Shown here: positions 1-11,501 of the stretch, one piece after another
How positions within the stretch are numbered: the first letter of the stretch is position 1
Layout of the letters: the number at the start of each line of letters is the position of its first letter
Assembly (NCBI GenBank): GCA_030390025.1
Contig: CM059447.1
Location: forward strand, 33,604,001-33,668,000
DNA from: Squalus acanthias
Taxonomy: Eukaryota
Direction: 5' to 3'
DNA: 64,000 nt
Notes under the pieces: model-generated
What the model saw: the letters and a program-made list of their open reading frames with translations, nothing else
The model's database searches: none
Told to the model about the DNA's origin: nothing
Made by a program: the position numbers and the translations under genes

Positions 1-93
1 GTCAATGCTCAGTATCCTGGCAGCAGTCATGATGCCTTCATTCTACAGCAATGCACTGTACCAGCCACTTTTCAGCCACCATGACAAACCAGA
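1..93 (+). pseudogene. Harbinger DDE transposase fragment (HARBI1-like)
   Basis: Frame 1 reads VNAQYPGSSHDAFILQQ. The C-terminal part is deleted and joined directly to the Myb 3' end at about 95. Confidence 0.85.
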
Positions 94-675
94 GGGTTGT
101 GCATTCCCTTAGCGCCTGTCTTCCGTGTGCCTTTGTGTGTCCTAGTGCTCCTACGCAGTGCTACCCCAGTGGCTGCAGCATGGCTGGTGGAAGGCTGCTG
201 ACTTTCAGTGGGGGAGATTGCAGATGGCCTTGCAGGATGACCTCAAGCAGCTCTGGGCCTAGAAGGCCCAGCTTTAGACTGGACCATCTCGGCATAGGCG
301 GCAGCAGTCTGGGCTGGCTGGCTGACAGGCAACAGCAAGGGCACTGGCGAGTGGCAGTGGTGGGAGGACGAATGCTGTCACTCAGAGAGGACAGCAGGTT
401 CGTGCTCCATGGAGCCACTGCCACTCCCCCGGGCCGGCGCCTCAGCAATTCTAGTAATCTGTTGGAGGACAGACTGCTGGACTGCTGTGACACCCTGCAA
501 GTCCTTTTCAATACTGGTAACCACACCCATGATGGCAACAGAGCTTGCATGATGTCAGTCTGAGTTTCCACTGCAGCACTCAGACATTGGGTGGCTTCTG
601 CTTGTGCTGCAATGGAAGCTGAGACATCGGCCATCAGACACTGCATCATGGTTGGGACCACATGTGCGCTAATGG

Positions 676-1119
676 CACGCTACAGCCCTCTGGACTGAAT
701 ATCGAGTTCAACAATTTTAGATCATAACCTCAGCCCCTATCACATTTATATTTTATTTTTTCGCCCCCCCCCCCCCTTTTTTTTCCCTCCTAGAAGCTGG
801 CAGCTGTCCTTCATTCTGCCAGTGCATTTCACACTTCTTTTAGCCTCAACCTGTCACATTAACACCACCTCTTGCCTTGATCATCTCTTAATGTCTCTTA
901 ATCTCTCCTTTTGTTCTTTCATCCCCTCCCCCTTTTCCCAGCTTTATCCTTGCCTTAAATCTATTTCATTTCCTGCTATTTCCAGTTCTGACGAAAGGTC
1001 TTCGACCTGAAACGTTAACTCTGTTTCTCTCTCCATGGATGCTGCCTGGCCTGCTGAGTTTTTCCAGCATTTTCTGTTGTTATTTCGGATTTCCAGCATC
1101 TGCAGTATTTTGCTATCGT
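676..1119 (+). mobile_element. Penelope-like retroelement 3' fragment with 14-bp target-site duplication
   Basis: Reads GTLQPSGLNIEF from 674, resembling the C-terminus of the PLE GIY-YIG domain. It has a pyrimidine-rich tract and a hammerhead core, and is flanked by ATGTGCGCTAATGG at 662-675 and 1120-1133. Confidence 0.8.
983..1020 (+). ncRNA. Minimal type I hammerhead ribozyme motif
   Basis: AGTT-CTGACGA-A-AGGTC-TTC-GACCT-GAAA-CGT-T-AACT. This has the conserved CUGANGA and GAAA boxes, stem II AGGTC/GACCT, stem I AGTT/AACT and a palindromic ACGT stem III. Confidence 0.75.
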
Positions 1120-3506
1120 ATGTGCGCTAATGGAGTTGCCCATCACTTCCATGCTGGAAAGGATGGGCTCCAAGCTCTGCTCAAAGCCCTGTGCAAGGTT
1201 GATGCCGGACTCCTCCATGCTACTTGACATTGCACTCAGGCTTTCTGGCAGGCCTGCCAATGCACCAAGCATTTCATTGTGCATACCCATCAGCCTTCTT
1301 CTGTAGGCTGCCTCTTCGAAGTCCTTATCTGAGTCCTGTGCAGTAGAACTTGCGTGCGATCTCGCCCTCCGGGGAGCTGGCACCTCCGCTACCCTTTCCC
1401 CCCTGCCCTGCGAGCATGAGGTGAAGCTATGAATCTGAGGTATGAGTCGTGTTTGATAGAGATTGTTGGTAGGTGAGTGATGGGGTGTGGTGCATTGAGC
1501 AGTGTGTGAGGCTACTGGTGCAGTTTGTGGGATACGGCTTTTGAAGATGAATTCACTGACCTTGACCACTCATGTGAGATCATTAAACTTCTACCTGCAT
1601 CCAGGTCCTTGGGGCTATACTGCTTGCATTGTCAGTGACGGCTATCTGCTCCCATTCCCTTCTCAGCGTGTGTCTGGAGGGTCTCCTGGGCCCCTGTGGA
1701 TAGAGGACATCTCTCCTCCTGTCCACCTCCTGCACCGGGGCCTTGAGTGCTGCATCCAAAAATCTGGTAGCCCTCTCTCTGCATGTTGCGGCATCTTCAC
1801 TCTTCCTGTCGGTCACTCCCTCCTCTACAACGATCGCCAGTACCTGCTGCAGCCAGAATGCACCTCCCTTTAAGAAGTGCAGGCTAGCTTTAATTGGTGC
1901 TAGCTTCGCACGAACCTGGGCCCCCTGCTGAGGCGTGCAGCCGCTCAACAGCACGTTTAGCGCTGGGCTGCACGCCGTTGTCATTTAAATTAACAGGCCG
2001 CATGAAGGTTGCGTGCTGCCTGCATCGGAAGGAACAGGCGCAGGGTAGGCGTGCATCATGATACCCGCGCCCGTTTTCAGGCCTTATCCAATTTCTAGGC
2101 CCTGATCTTTTAGTAATAGAGTGCTAGCTATACTTATACTGGTAATGCATTAATGCACAGCTCCAATTGTATTATAATTAGATTATGCAGTACATAATTC
2201 TTTGCATGCTACTTAATTGAGTTTGCTTTTGATAAAGTCCATTACATTTTTCATAAAATCTTCCAAACTTTGTAAATGTGCATATATGAGCATTTGATAC
2301 TGCTGTCAGATGCTCTCCCTTCCAGAGGCATTCATAAGCATCACGTTATTATATCCATAAACCGATCTTTCACAGAACGTAGTGCAAACTATGGATTAAT
2401 ATGGACTGAGTGATGTGTTATGTAAGAGAGTTTAGTACTAAAATGAGTACTATAGTGAGGCAGGAGCTGCCTCTCGTACAGATTAATTGAAGGCGGTAAA
2501 GAGGCTTTGCGTTTAATCTTGGCACTTTTCTATGGAACACATGTTGGAAGAGCTAAACTGGCATTTGGTTAGAGTATCAGGTACACCTATAAAGGCTTAA
2601 GTGCAGTACTTTACTGCCAAAAACATTGTTTTATTTATTTAAACAGTTACATTGAACTTTATATAAAAGCCAAAAGCTGTAATTCACTGCCGTAATACCT
2701 TCCAGGCAATTTATATACATATTTCAGTGACGAGGTGTGATGGCTATCGAACGATTTGGGGCAGGTTGGGCATTTGTATTTTTAGCTCCGTTTCTACTCC
2801 CTGCTGTTCGTTCCTCTTTCATCCACTGGCCCAGGGGATTGGATGTTCCGGAGTTCGCTATGGCCACTGTCCCATTAACAGCCAGCAGGAGGGGCAATTC
2901 AAACAGTTCAGTCATACGCTGTTCATTTCAAAACTGCCTGCCAGCTGGAATACTGTGGCCTGTTCTTGGACATTGAGTGATCTGGCCGAGAACTTACAAA
3001 ACTTACATTCGACTAAAGTAGCTAGGTTCAAGCGAGAGGCAGCACTGGGAGTGGAAATTTTCTGATGAAGATTTCACCTTTTGAAACATAAATCTACAGC
3101 TGCTGAAGATTGCGATGAATTCTCAGGCTACTGCCATCGCCGTGAATTTCCAGTCTACTGCCATCATGGATCCAAATTTTCCAAATCTGATTTTTCCAAG
3201 CTTATCTCACTTTGATACAGACACTGACTGAATCAAGTGCAGGTGCTAATATAACCCGAAACAGCAGTACAGAACGTTCAGGGGAACAGTTTCAAAACAG
3301 ATTTTTGTTGATTCAGAGAGCCAACAAAGTTCCGAACAATATAATCGACATGAAAGTTCATGCAGTATCGGCTGCAGCTCATTTAGTAAACATTAGGTCA
3401 TAGCCTATTTACAAAGCATTTTTTTTTATAAGGCAGAACACGGGATTATTTTTTCCACCACTTTAACTCCTTGAATGCAATATTGGATTAAAGAGACTAG
3501 ACTGCA

Positions 3507-3640
3507 GTGGGTATAATTTCTGCGGGCTTCTCCCGATTTCCCACCACAACTTCGGCAGAAGATGGCCGGGATCTTCAGGGACAAAGCGTAAAAGCCCGTT
3601 TACACCATTTCTCTGGGGTTTCTGCCACATACATTTTACC
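3507..3640. mobile_element. Short foldback MITE relic (family of 63652-63817)
   Basis: Shares CTCCCGAT...AACTTCGGCAGAAGAT...GCGTAAA...CGTTTACACCATTTCT with 63652-63817. Confidence 0.5.
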
Positions 3641-5627
3641 CCCTTTCTCGGAATTAAATGTTACCCCCAATCTCACAGTTCTGGGTCAAATAAGTACCCT
3701 TCATTGTTTAGAAGTGTTGGTAAATAGATTTATTTTTTTAAATGCCTTATTTTTTGGATCTCTAAATGTGATTGAGGATCTAATCCTGATTTCCTTAGCC
3801 CACAATAACATAGCTCCAAGGCACCGATAGTGTCACACTGGCTCGATTTACAGCCTCTGAGAAATACCTACAGAAGACGCGTACAATATCCGACATGGGC
3901 CTTGCTCATTTCAGTTCAGTGTCAGGTGCCCACTCACCCACGGTCAGTTAATGTCACTCATCCTGCTGTGAAGTCATTTCCTCAAACAGAGAAATAACTT
4001 CCTGTTCTTGCACCACAGTCAGTGTTAGCGTCATCCAGATTCATTTTTCACGGTCCTTGAATTTTTTTACTGCTCATTGGCGTGTCATTGCCCTTGCATC
4101 AGAGCAGTCAGAGTTATTGTAGAACAGTTGTTCGGGGCTGTCAGTTATGACCTTTTTCCAAATACTGGGCAGCGGTCCTTCGGAAAAAAACTTGGAATCA
4201 TGAAAGTGCAATCGGATATTTATAGACGGGGATAGCAGCTGCGGAAGCTGAGCGTGTGCATTTGGTTTGCAGTTGGCCACACTGACCCTGAAGTGGATAA
4301 GGTCAGATAAAAGCAAATATGGCACCCAGCTAACAATATATTGTTGAAAGTTCGTGCTGCAATAACAGGTGGTTTTGAAGCTTCAACAAAGTAATTTGCT
4401 GTTACAGAATGCAGCCGCGATCAAAAGTAAGACCTGTGAAAATGCCTGTGTTGCATCCTGAGTGTAGAATCCACCCCATCAATAGTAACAGCCCCCTTTT
4501 TCTGAACTTTTGGGATACTCACCTACGGTAATGTGCATATCATTAACAAAATTAATGGCATGCATCTCTCCTTTGTTCTTGCTGCATTGATGGGCCTCAG
4601 TTAAAAGTGAAGAACCAATAACTACTTTCAGAAGAGAAGCTGTCATTGAAAATTAACCCTAGATATGTGTGCAAAACTCTGGGACATCTGAGTGTCGAGG
4701 CTTAAGGCTCAAGTGCTGTAATGGCTCTGTCAAAGGAGCTGTGTCGTTGATACTGATACTATGTTTTAAAAAAAAGTAGGTAGTTTTGTCTCCCCACTGG
4801 ATACTTCCTTTGATGGCATTCTTCAATCGTAATGAAGGAATTTCCTAGAAGAAAGAGGCCAGAAAACTGCTGAAGGAGAGTGGGGATTCCTACCTCCAAC
4901 ATGTAATGAATAGAATGTAACATGTCTTACACACAACGCACGCTGGTTAATAAAGGATATTTCACATTGTCTCCAGACACATACTTGAGGTGTTAATTCT
5001 TATATAAATGCTAGACAATATGGTTTATTTTGTTGGCACTATATTCAGTGGATGTATAAATCTGTGACTAAAAACTATGCTCTCCTCATTTTTGTTTTGC
5101 TCCTATGTTCACAGTTTTGTATGGGCATTTAGTTATGTTTGTGTGGGTACTGTTCAAGATGGCACTAATACACTTTGGATAACGTTTTATTGCAGGCAGA
5201 TGCTATGGGCTTATTGCCAACCACAACTGTGGCCGCCGCCGCCACCACCACCACCACAGCCATTTTGCGTGGCTGGTAGTGACTCCCATTATTTTTCTAT
5301 TTAAAGTTTTAACACACAAGCCGCGAAATTCCCCTGCTTAGCGCCGGTGGTTAACGTCATTTTTGGCAAAAAAACATAGCGGCTGCCTCGCTTCCGCCCG
5401 CTTCTGGCTCGGGCCACGGCAGTCGTCATTTTGGGCAGGTCAGTAGGGCGGCCGTTGGCTACGTGTGGTGGAAGAATTCAAAGAAGGCAGATTGTGACGT
5501 CAATCAGGTTGCGACGCTAATTTGCCGCACAACCTACCATTTTGGACGTCGTCATTCCAATCAACGCCCTCTCCTAAACACGCACAGCTGAACGTGCGTT
5601 CTGCTGCACGAGGGACCCTCACCAGCG

Positions 5628-5662
5628 CTATTTAAAGAGATGCATCCAACTTTCAGGTAAGT
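5628..5662 (+). promoter_or_regulatory. Putative transposase promoter: TATTTAAAG box followed by splice donor CAG|GTAAGT of a non-coding first exon
   Basis: GCGCTATTTAAAG recurs at the same position in copy 4 (about 46652), and ATATTTAAAG occurs in copy 5 (about 55293). Confidence 0.45.
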
Positions 5663-5823
5663 TGATTTTTTTCTCTTGTGCTGGCTCTTGCAGAGTTTAT
5701 ATTGATACTGGCTTGCTGGAACACATTTATAAAGTTGGTAAAGTGTGCGGGGAGTGCTGCTGGACGTTGGGAAAGCGTTGGCCACAACTGAAAGGCCTTG
5801 GACTGCACCACTTGCTCCCAGTC

Positions 5824-7327
5824 ATGGGGCCTCTACTTACAGTGAGGCAGCAAAGACAAGCTGCTCACAGAGGGAGGGGAGGAGGGCTCTCAGCAGGAGG
5901 CCTTACCCCACTAGAGTCTTCAGGGAGCACTTCTCCTCCCTGCACTTAAGCCAGTAACGGTGTATTAAGAAGCTCCGGTTCACCAAGGAAGTGGTCACAG
6001 AACTCTGCCACCTCTTACAACCAGACCTGCAGCCTCAGAGCAGGGTGACGACGGTGCTGCCAGTGGCCCTCAAGCTGACCATAGCCCTGAACTATTTTGT
6101 CACCAGATCCTTCCAGTCCGGAGCAGGTGACACAGCTAACATCTCCCAGTTCGCCATTGATCACTGCATCCGGGAGAGTCACAGAGGCTCTGTACTCCAG
6201 GAGAAGGGACTTCATTGTCTCCTCTCTGAACAGAGAGAAGCAGGAGGAGCACGCATGTGGCTTTGCCAGGATATCAGTCTTCCCCATGGTGCAGGGCGGC
6301 ATCGACTGCACACACGTGGCTATGTGGGCGCCGCATATCAATCCTGAGATGTACCGCAACTGCAAAAGCTACCACTCTCTTAATGTGCAGTTGGTGTGCA
6401 ACCACGCCCAGCGCATCATGATGGTGAATGCCCTGGCAGCAGTCATAGAATCATAGAATGGTTACAGCACAGAAGGAGGCCATTTGGCCTGTCGATCCCA
6501 TGCCGGCTCACTGCAAGAGCACTTCAGCTAGTCCCACTCCCCCGTCCTTTCCATGTAGCCCTGCAAATTTTTTTCCTTCAGGTACTTATCCAATTCCCTT
6601 ATGAAAGCCACGATTGAATCTGCCTCCGCCACCCTTTCAGGCAGTGCATTCCAGATCATAACTACTCGCTGTGTAAAAAAGAACCATGTCGCCTTTGGTT
6701 CTTCTGCAAATCACCTTAAATCTGTTTCCTCTGGTTCTCGACCCTTCCACCAATGGGAACAGTTTCTCTCTATCTTCTCTGTCGAGACCCCTCATGATTT
6801 TGAACACCTCTATCAAATCTCCTCTCAACCTTCTCTGCTCTAAGGAGAACAACCCCAGCGTCTCCAGTCTATCCACGTAACTGAAGTCCCTCATCCCTGG
6901 AATCGTTCTCGTTAATGATGCCTTCATCCTGTGCCAGTCCGCTGTGCCAGCAATCTTCCAGCTCCCACGTCGAACCCGAGGGTGGCTGCTTGGAGACAGG
7001 GGGCTATCCACTCTACACCTGGCTGATGACTCCGCTCTGCAACCCCACCACTCATGGCCACCATTCATATAATGAGAGCCATGCTGCCAAGCAGACCATC
7101 GGGGTGCTCAAGCAATGGTTCTGTTGCCATGATTGCTCGGGAGGAGCCATCCAGCACACATCAGAGTGGCCTGCTGCATCCTCCACAACTTGGCTATCTT
7201 GAGGGTGCAGCCCTTGCCACCACGGGTTCCGTGACCACCAGAGGAGGAGGAAGGGAGGAGACAGGCAGCAAATCCTCATTCCGGACAGGCTGTCCGTGAG
7301 TGCCTCATCAGACTCCGATTCCCCTGA
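5824..7327 (+). pseudogene. Harbinger transposase (HARBI1-like DDE), frameshifted and interrupted by CR1
   Basis: RRPYPTRVFRE, LRFTKEVVTELCHLLQPDL, VALKLTIALNYF, FPMVQGGIDCTHV, YRNCKSYHSLNVQLVC, GSS/HDAF, GWLLGDRGYPL, acidic tail, then LIRLRFP*. Confidence 0.92.
6447..6914 (-). mobile_element. CR1 LINE 3' fragment inserted in the transposase
   Basis: SYVDRLETLGLFSLEQRRLRGDLIEVFKIM is the CR1 ORF2 C-terminus. It has an (ATTCTATG)n tail and splits GGCAGCAGTC|ATGATGCC. Confidence 0.92.
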
Positions 7328-7453
7328 ATGAAACCCCAGATCCCCATTGCTCAACTGTTCCCCTGCTTACCATCCCTTTGTCATGGAACATCACAGCGTT
7401 CTCTTGGGCACCACAAAAACAAACATTCCAAACATAATTTATAAATGATTATT

Positions 7454-9397
7454 TCAAATCTTACTTGACAAAGTCAACCAATCACCCTTGTGTATTCCCT
7501 TAGTGTCTGTCTTTCGTGTTCCTTTGCCTATTCTGGTACTCCTACGCAGTGCTATCCCAGTGGCTGCAGCATGGCTGGTGGAAAGCTGCTGACTTTCCGT
7601 AGGGGACACTGCAGATGGCCTTGCAGGACTATCTTGAACAGCTCTGGGCCTAGAAGCCTGCTGTGGACTGCAGCACCTCGGCCTGGGCGGCAGCAGTCTG
7701 AGCTGACTGGCTGACAGGCAACTGCAATGGCACTGGCAGAGTGGCAGGGATGGGAGTAAAGATGCTCTCATCCTGAGAGAGGACAGCAGGTTCTTGCTCC
7801 ACAGAGCCACTGCCACTCCCCCGGGACGGCGCCTCAGCATTCCTGGCCATCTGTTGGAGGACAGATTGCTGGCCTGCTGTAAGACACTGCAAGCCCCTTT
7901 CCACACTCGTAAACCCAGCCACGACGGCAGCCGTCTGAGATTGCATGACTTCAGTCCGAGCTTGCATGGCAGCAAGCTGAGCCTGCATGAAAGCAGTCTG
8001 AGCTTCCACTGCAGCACTCAGATGTGGGTCGCTTCTGCTTGTGCTGCAGTGGAAGCTACGACATTGCCCATCAGACCCTGCATCATGGTTGGGTCCACAA
8101 GTGCTCTAATGGAGTTGCCCATCACTTCCATCCTGGAAATTATGGGTTCCAAGCTCCACGCAAAGCCCCGTGCAATGTTGGAGCCAGACTCCCCCATGCT
8201 CCTTGACAGTGACAAGAGGCTCTCTGGCAGACCTGCCATTTCACCAAGCAGTTCTGTGTGCCTGCCCATCACCCTTCTTCTGAAAGCTGCCCCATTAAAG
8301 TCCTCATCTGTGTCCTGTGCAGCAGAACTCGTGTACGACCTCGCCCTCCAGGGAGCTGGCACCTGCGCTACCCTTTCCCCCTGGCCTGGCTGCAGCCCAC
8401 TCGCGCCCGATGACTCACCACGTGCAGATCCCACTTCTGTTTGCGCAGTGCCATTATCTGAGCTGGTGCCTGGAAGTGTCAGATCGAGTGACAGCGCCTC
8501 TTCTCCATCACTCTCCTCCTCTAGTTCTTCTTGCACTGGCTGGGCTGCTGGCAGTTCTTAGTTTATTTGAAAGGAGAAAGGCACAAGGGTCGGGTTGTGA
8601 TGAGGGGAGGGGAGGAAAGCAAGATGTGCATGCTGACACCATCAGCAGCTTGTAAGTGAGAAGAGACTGTACGACGAGGGGGAAGTGGGATGTGAGAAGG
8701 ATTAGGTATCAGCAGACCGTCATCATCAATGCTTTCAACCTCGCCGCTCACCACGGCTTCAGTGATGGTCCCTCCAATTGTCTCCAGCACATTCTTCTCC
8801 AGCACAGTAAGGTCGTGCAGCCGTGCTTACCCCCACCTGTCTGTTGCTGCTCGCACAGGTTGCGAGCCACCTTGGCTGCAAGAAAAAGGGAAGTGTGTCA
8901 GTGAGTGTGGTGCAACGTGTTTGGGTAATGTGCATTTCATGGGTGAATAGCTGGCATTGTGTGCAAGGTGTAAGATGTGAGTGTGAGACTTGTAGCAATG
9001 GTAAGTGTGTGAGGGTGAGGTGAAGCTATGATTGTGAGGTCTGAGTTGTAATTGCTAGAGATTGTTGGTAGGTGAGTGATGGTGATGTGATACATTGAGC
9101 AGTGTGTGAGGCTAGTGGTGCAGTTGGTGGGGTATGACATTTGAAGATGCATTCACTCACCAAGACCACTTATATGAGGTCATTGAACTTCTTCCGGCAT
9201 TGGATCCAGGTCCTGGCGGCAACACTGATGGCACTGATTGCTTGCGCAATCTCCTCCCACTGCCTTCTGACAGTGTGTCTTGAAGGCCTCCTGCTCCCCT
9301 GCAGGTAGCGGACCTGTCTCCTATATGCCTGCTGGACCAAGGCCTCCAGTGCTGCATCAGAGAAGCCAGGTGCCCTTTCTTTCCCCTGTTGTACCAT
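7454..9397 (-). pseudogene. Harbinger Myb/SANT-like gene, 3 exons (9397-9161; 8875 to about 8719; about 8567-7454)
   Basis: Exon 1 reads MVQQGKERAPGFSDAALEALV...WEEIA...RTWIQCRKKFNDL with donor GTGAGT. Exon 2 follows acceptor TTTTTCTTGCAG and reads AKVARNLCEQQQTGG. Exon 3 is acidic, then coiled-coil, then RRSTR. Stops and frameshifts are present. Confidence 0.9.
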
Positions 9398-10095
9398 TGC
9401 TGCAGCTACAGTAACAATGAGGTACTTCTGTAACAAAGCACCTCCCCTTTAAGAAGTGCAGACAGCCTTTCACTCTGCAGGCAAACTTTAATTGTTCAGC
9501 AGACTACACACGATATTGGTCCCCTGTTGAGCGCTGAGCTAACCAGCAGCGCATTTAGTGCTGGGCTCAGCGCTCCAATTATGTTAATGAGCAGGAAGCA
9601 CAAAATTTGCGTGCTGCCTGCACTACTATCAAAGGGCGCGGTCAGATCGCACATCGCGATCCCTGCACCAGTTCTCGGGCTTAATCCAATTTTGCCCCCA
9701 TTGTATTCATGTTTATGCCTGGAATTGTAAAAGCACAAGGAAGGGACATCCAGCCCAGCAATCATGTGCATTCTGAATGTAGCAGCATAAATAGTTATTT
9801 TTAAACTAAGCTAATCATGATTGCCATGGAAACTCACCATGAGTAAGTTGCTGTGTTTCTGTGCATAATTACCTTGCATGTAAATAAAAATCTGACTGTC
9901 AGATTTAGCCTGAAGGTTATGGGCTGGCAGTGTGGTGTTTACCCCCTCATGAAATAGGCAGGGGGAATGTGGTGGGCATCCCACGTAGTCTGTGGCGTAA
10001 TGTACCATGGTTAAGAGTCATTGTGACTTCCATCATATTCTGTTCCGCTCACAGCAGGCATAAGGCAGGAGGTTTCAGCTCATAGCAGATGTGCA

Positions 10096-10250
10096 CCGGG
10101 AATTTCCACCGTGGCTCTCCCCAATCAGTTACCGTAATTTTGGCAGCACAACCGCGGAAACGCTGTTTACGCAATTTACTCGGAGGGTTTCTACTGATCT
10201 TCCACTGAATTACTTGTGGCTGATCAGGAAAACCTCAGCCGAAGTAGATT
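10096..10250. mobile_element. Short foldback MITE relic
   Basis: GGGAATTTCC...ACCGTAATTTTGGC...CCGCGGAAAC...GTTTAC, similar to 63652-63817. Confidence 0.45.
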
Positions 10251-11453
10251 TGAAGAAAATGCATCAAATGTTCGTCATTCATATATAACAAAGGATAAAT
10301 TCTTGCCTCAGATGTCAAAACAGCTGTGGGTCACTGCTATGTAGGGTCTTTTCTATAAGAACTCACGGCGTTTTAGCAACTGCAAGTGAATAGTCTGTGG
10401 AGTTTCTGGATGGAAATTTTTTCGAAGTTTCTTTTTAATATTCTGAAGTAAAGCGAAAATAGCTCTTGTATAGTGGCTTATTGGCAACATAGGAAGATCA
10501 CTCAATCCCCAGTACAAAGCTGTCAGCCTTTTAAGTGTGATGGATTTTATCAGACCTCTTCCAGTCCATTAGGTAGTGTACCGAAGAATACCAAAGCTTT
10601 TTATCATGGGGGAAGGGAAAACCGGAATGCTTGTCTTAGCAGCATAGCAAACAGTTGTGGACAAGACCGTGCAGCCCGCTGCATCCATTGGCACGTGTAG
10701 TGTTTTCCATCTGAGGGCCAGGTGTGGAATCAGGAATTGGAACCAGATGGGGGCTGACAGAACATTTCAGGATCAGCATTACTTTCAGCCAGCATTGCTG
10801 AGCTGCATCGATGTTTGAATCTGAAGTCTTTAGTCTCCAGAGTACTGCAGATAATAGTAAATGAGAACTCCGATTACACTGGAGCAAAATCAAGAGGGGT
10901 GACAGCTAACCAACGCCCCAAATTGGAGGCGCCCTCCCTTCTTCTGGACACCCAATTGGATGAATCCCATCAGTACCACCACCATCACAATTTTTAAGTT
11001 TAGCAAGTGTGCCTGGTCTTTCTAAATCAGCAGACCTCTGTTGGATGCAGTTGGTTGATAGGGTCAGACAAAAATAATCTGCATATAGCTAAACTTACGC
11101 ACCATATGACTAACTACGTTCATGATTGAGGAGAAAGATTTGGACCTGCGTGTATCAGAACACTGCCTATAATTTGCCAATACTGTATCAGGATTGCACA
11201 TCTGTGGATCAACCTGGATGTGGTGGTTTTAGTTCTATTAAAGGAATGAAGCTTTTTAAGTTGCATCTCTGGTTGATTAAGTGACCAGAAGAACTAAACC
11301 TTTTAAACTAGTATGATTTTTGCGAACCTTGTGAGGCAGCAAAAGCCAGTTATACTGCCGTCTCGCAACACTATCATATCCTGAAAAATGTAAAGCTCTG
11401 TGCATATAGACTGAAACATTCACAGGGGCAACTTCTCAGAATCTTTCCCCCCA

Positions 11454-11498
<45 letters not shown>
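11454..11498 (+). repeat. (CA)n microsatellite
   Basis: Uninterrupted CA run of about 22 units. Confidence 0.98.

Positions 11499-11501
<3 letters not shown>

Larger units (their letters stand above)
100..1790 (-). pseudogene. Harbinger Myb/SANT-like gene, decayed (exon 1 about 1790-1561, exon 2 deleted, exon 3 split by Penelope insertion)
   Basis: RERATRFLDAALKAPVQEVDRRRDVLYP...WEQIA...RTWMQ, followed by donor AAG|GTCAGT at 1561/1560. The exon 3 peptide AYRRRLMGMHNEMLGALAGLPESL matches copies 2 and 4. Confidence 0.85.
1..2102. mobile_element. PIF/Harbinger transposon copy 1 (runs off window start, internally deleted)
   Basis: Transposase motif VNAQYPGSSHDAFILQQ at 1-51 (+) and a Myb/SANT gene on -. 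The right end CAATTTCTAGGCCC (2089-2102) resembles the ends of the other copies, and the sequence is colinear with 7490-9699 and 48130-50369. Confidence 0.9.
5318..9699. mobile_element. PIF/Harbinger transposon copy 2, near full length, decayed
   Basis: Convergent transposase (+) and Myb/SANT (-) genes. The ends are degenerate: AAGCCGCGAAATT and CAATTTTGCCCCC. Confidence 0.92.

Noticed and set aside
2724-2915. 63-aa minus-strand ORF ending ...SIAITPRH
   Set aside because: There is no convincing splice or start context and no recognisable family.
7794-8561. Long plus-strand ORFs (255 aa here; also 51-563 and 48086-48715)
   Set aside because: They are antisense shadows of the Harbinger Myb exon 3.
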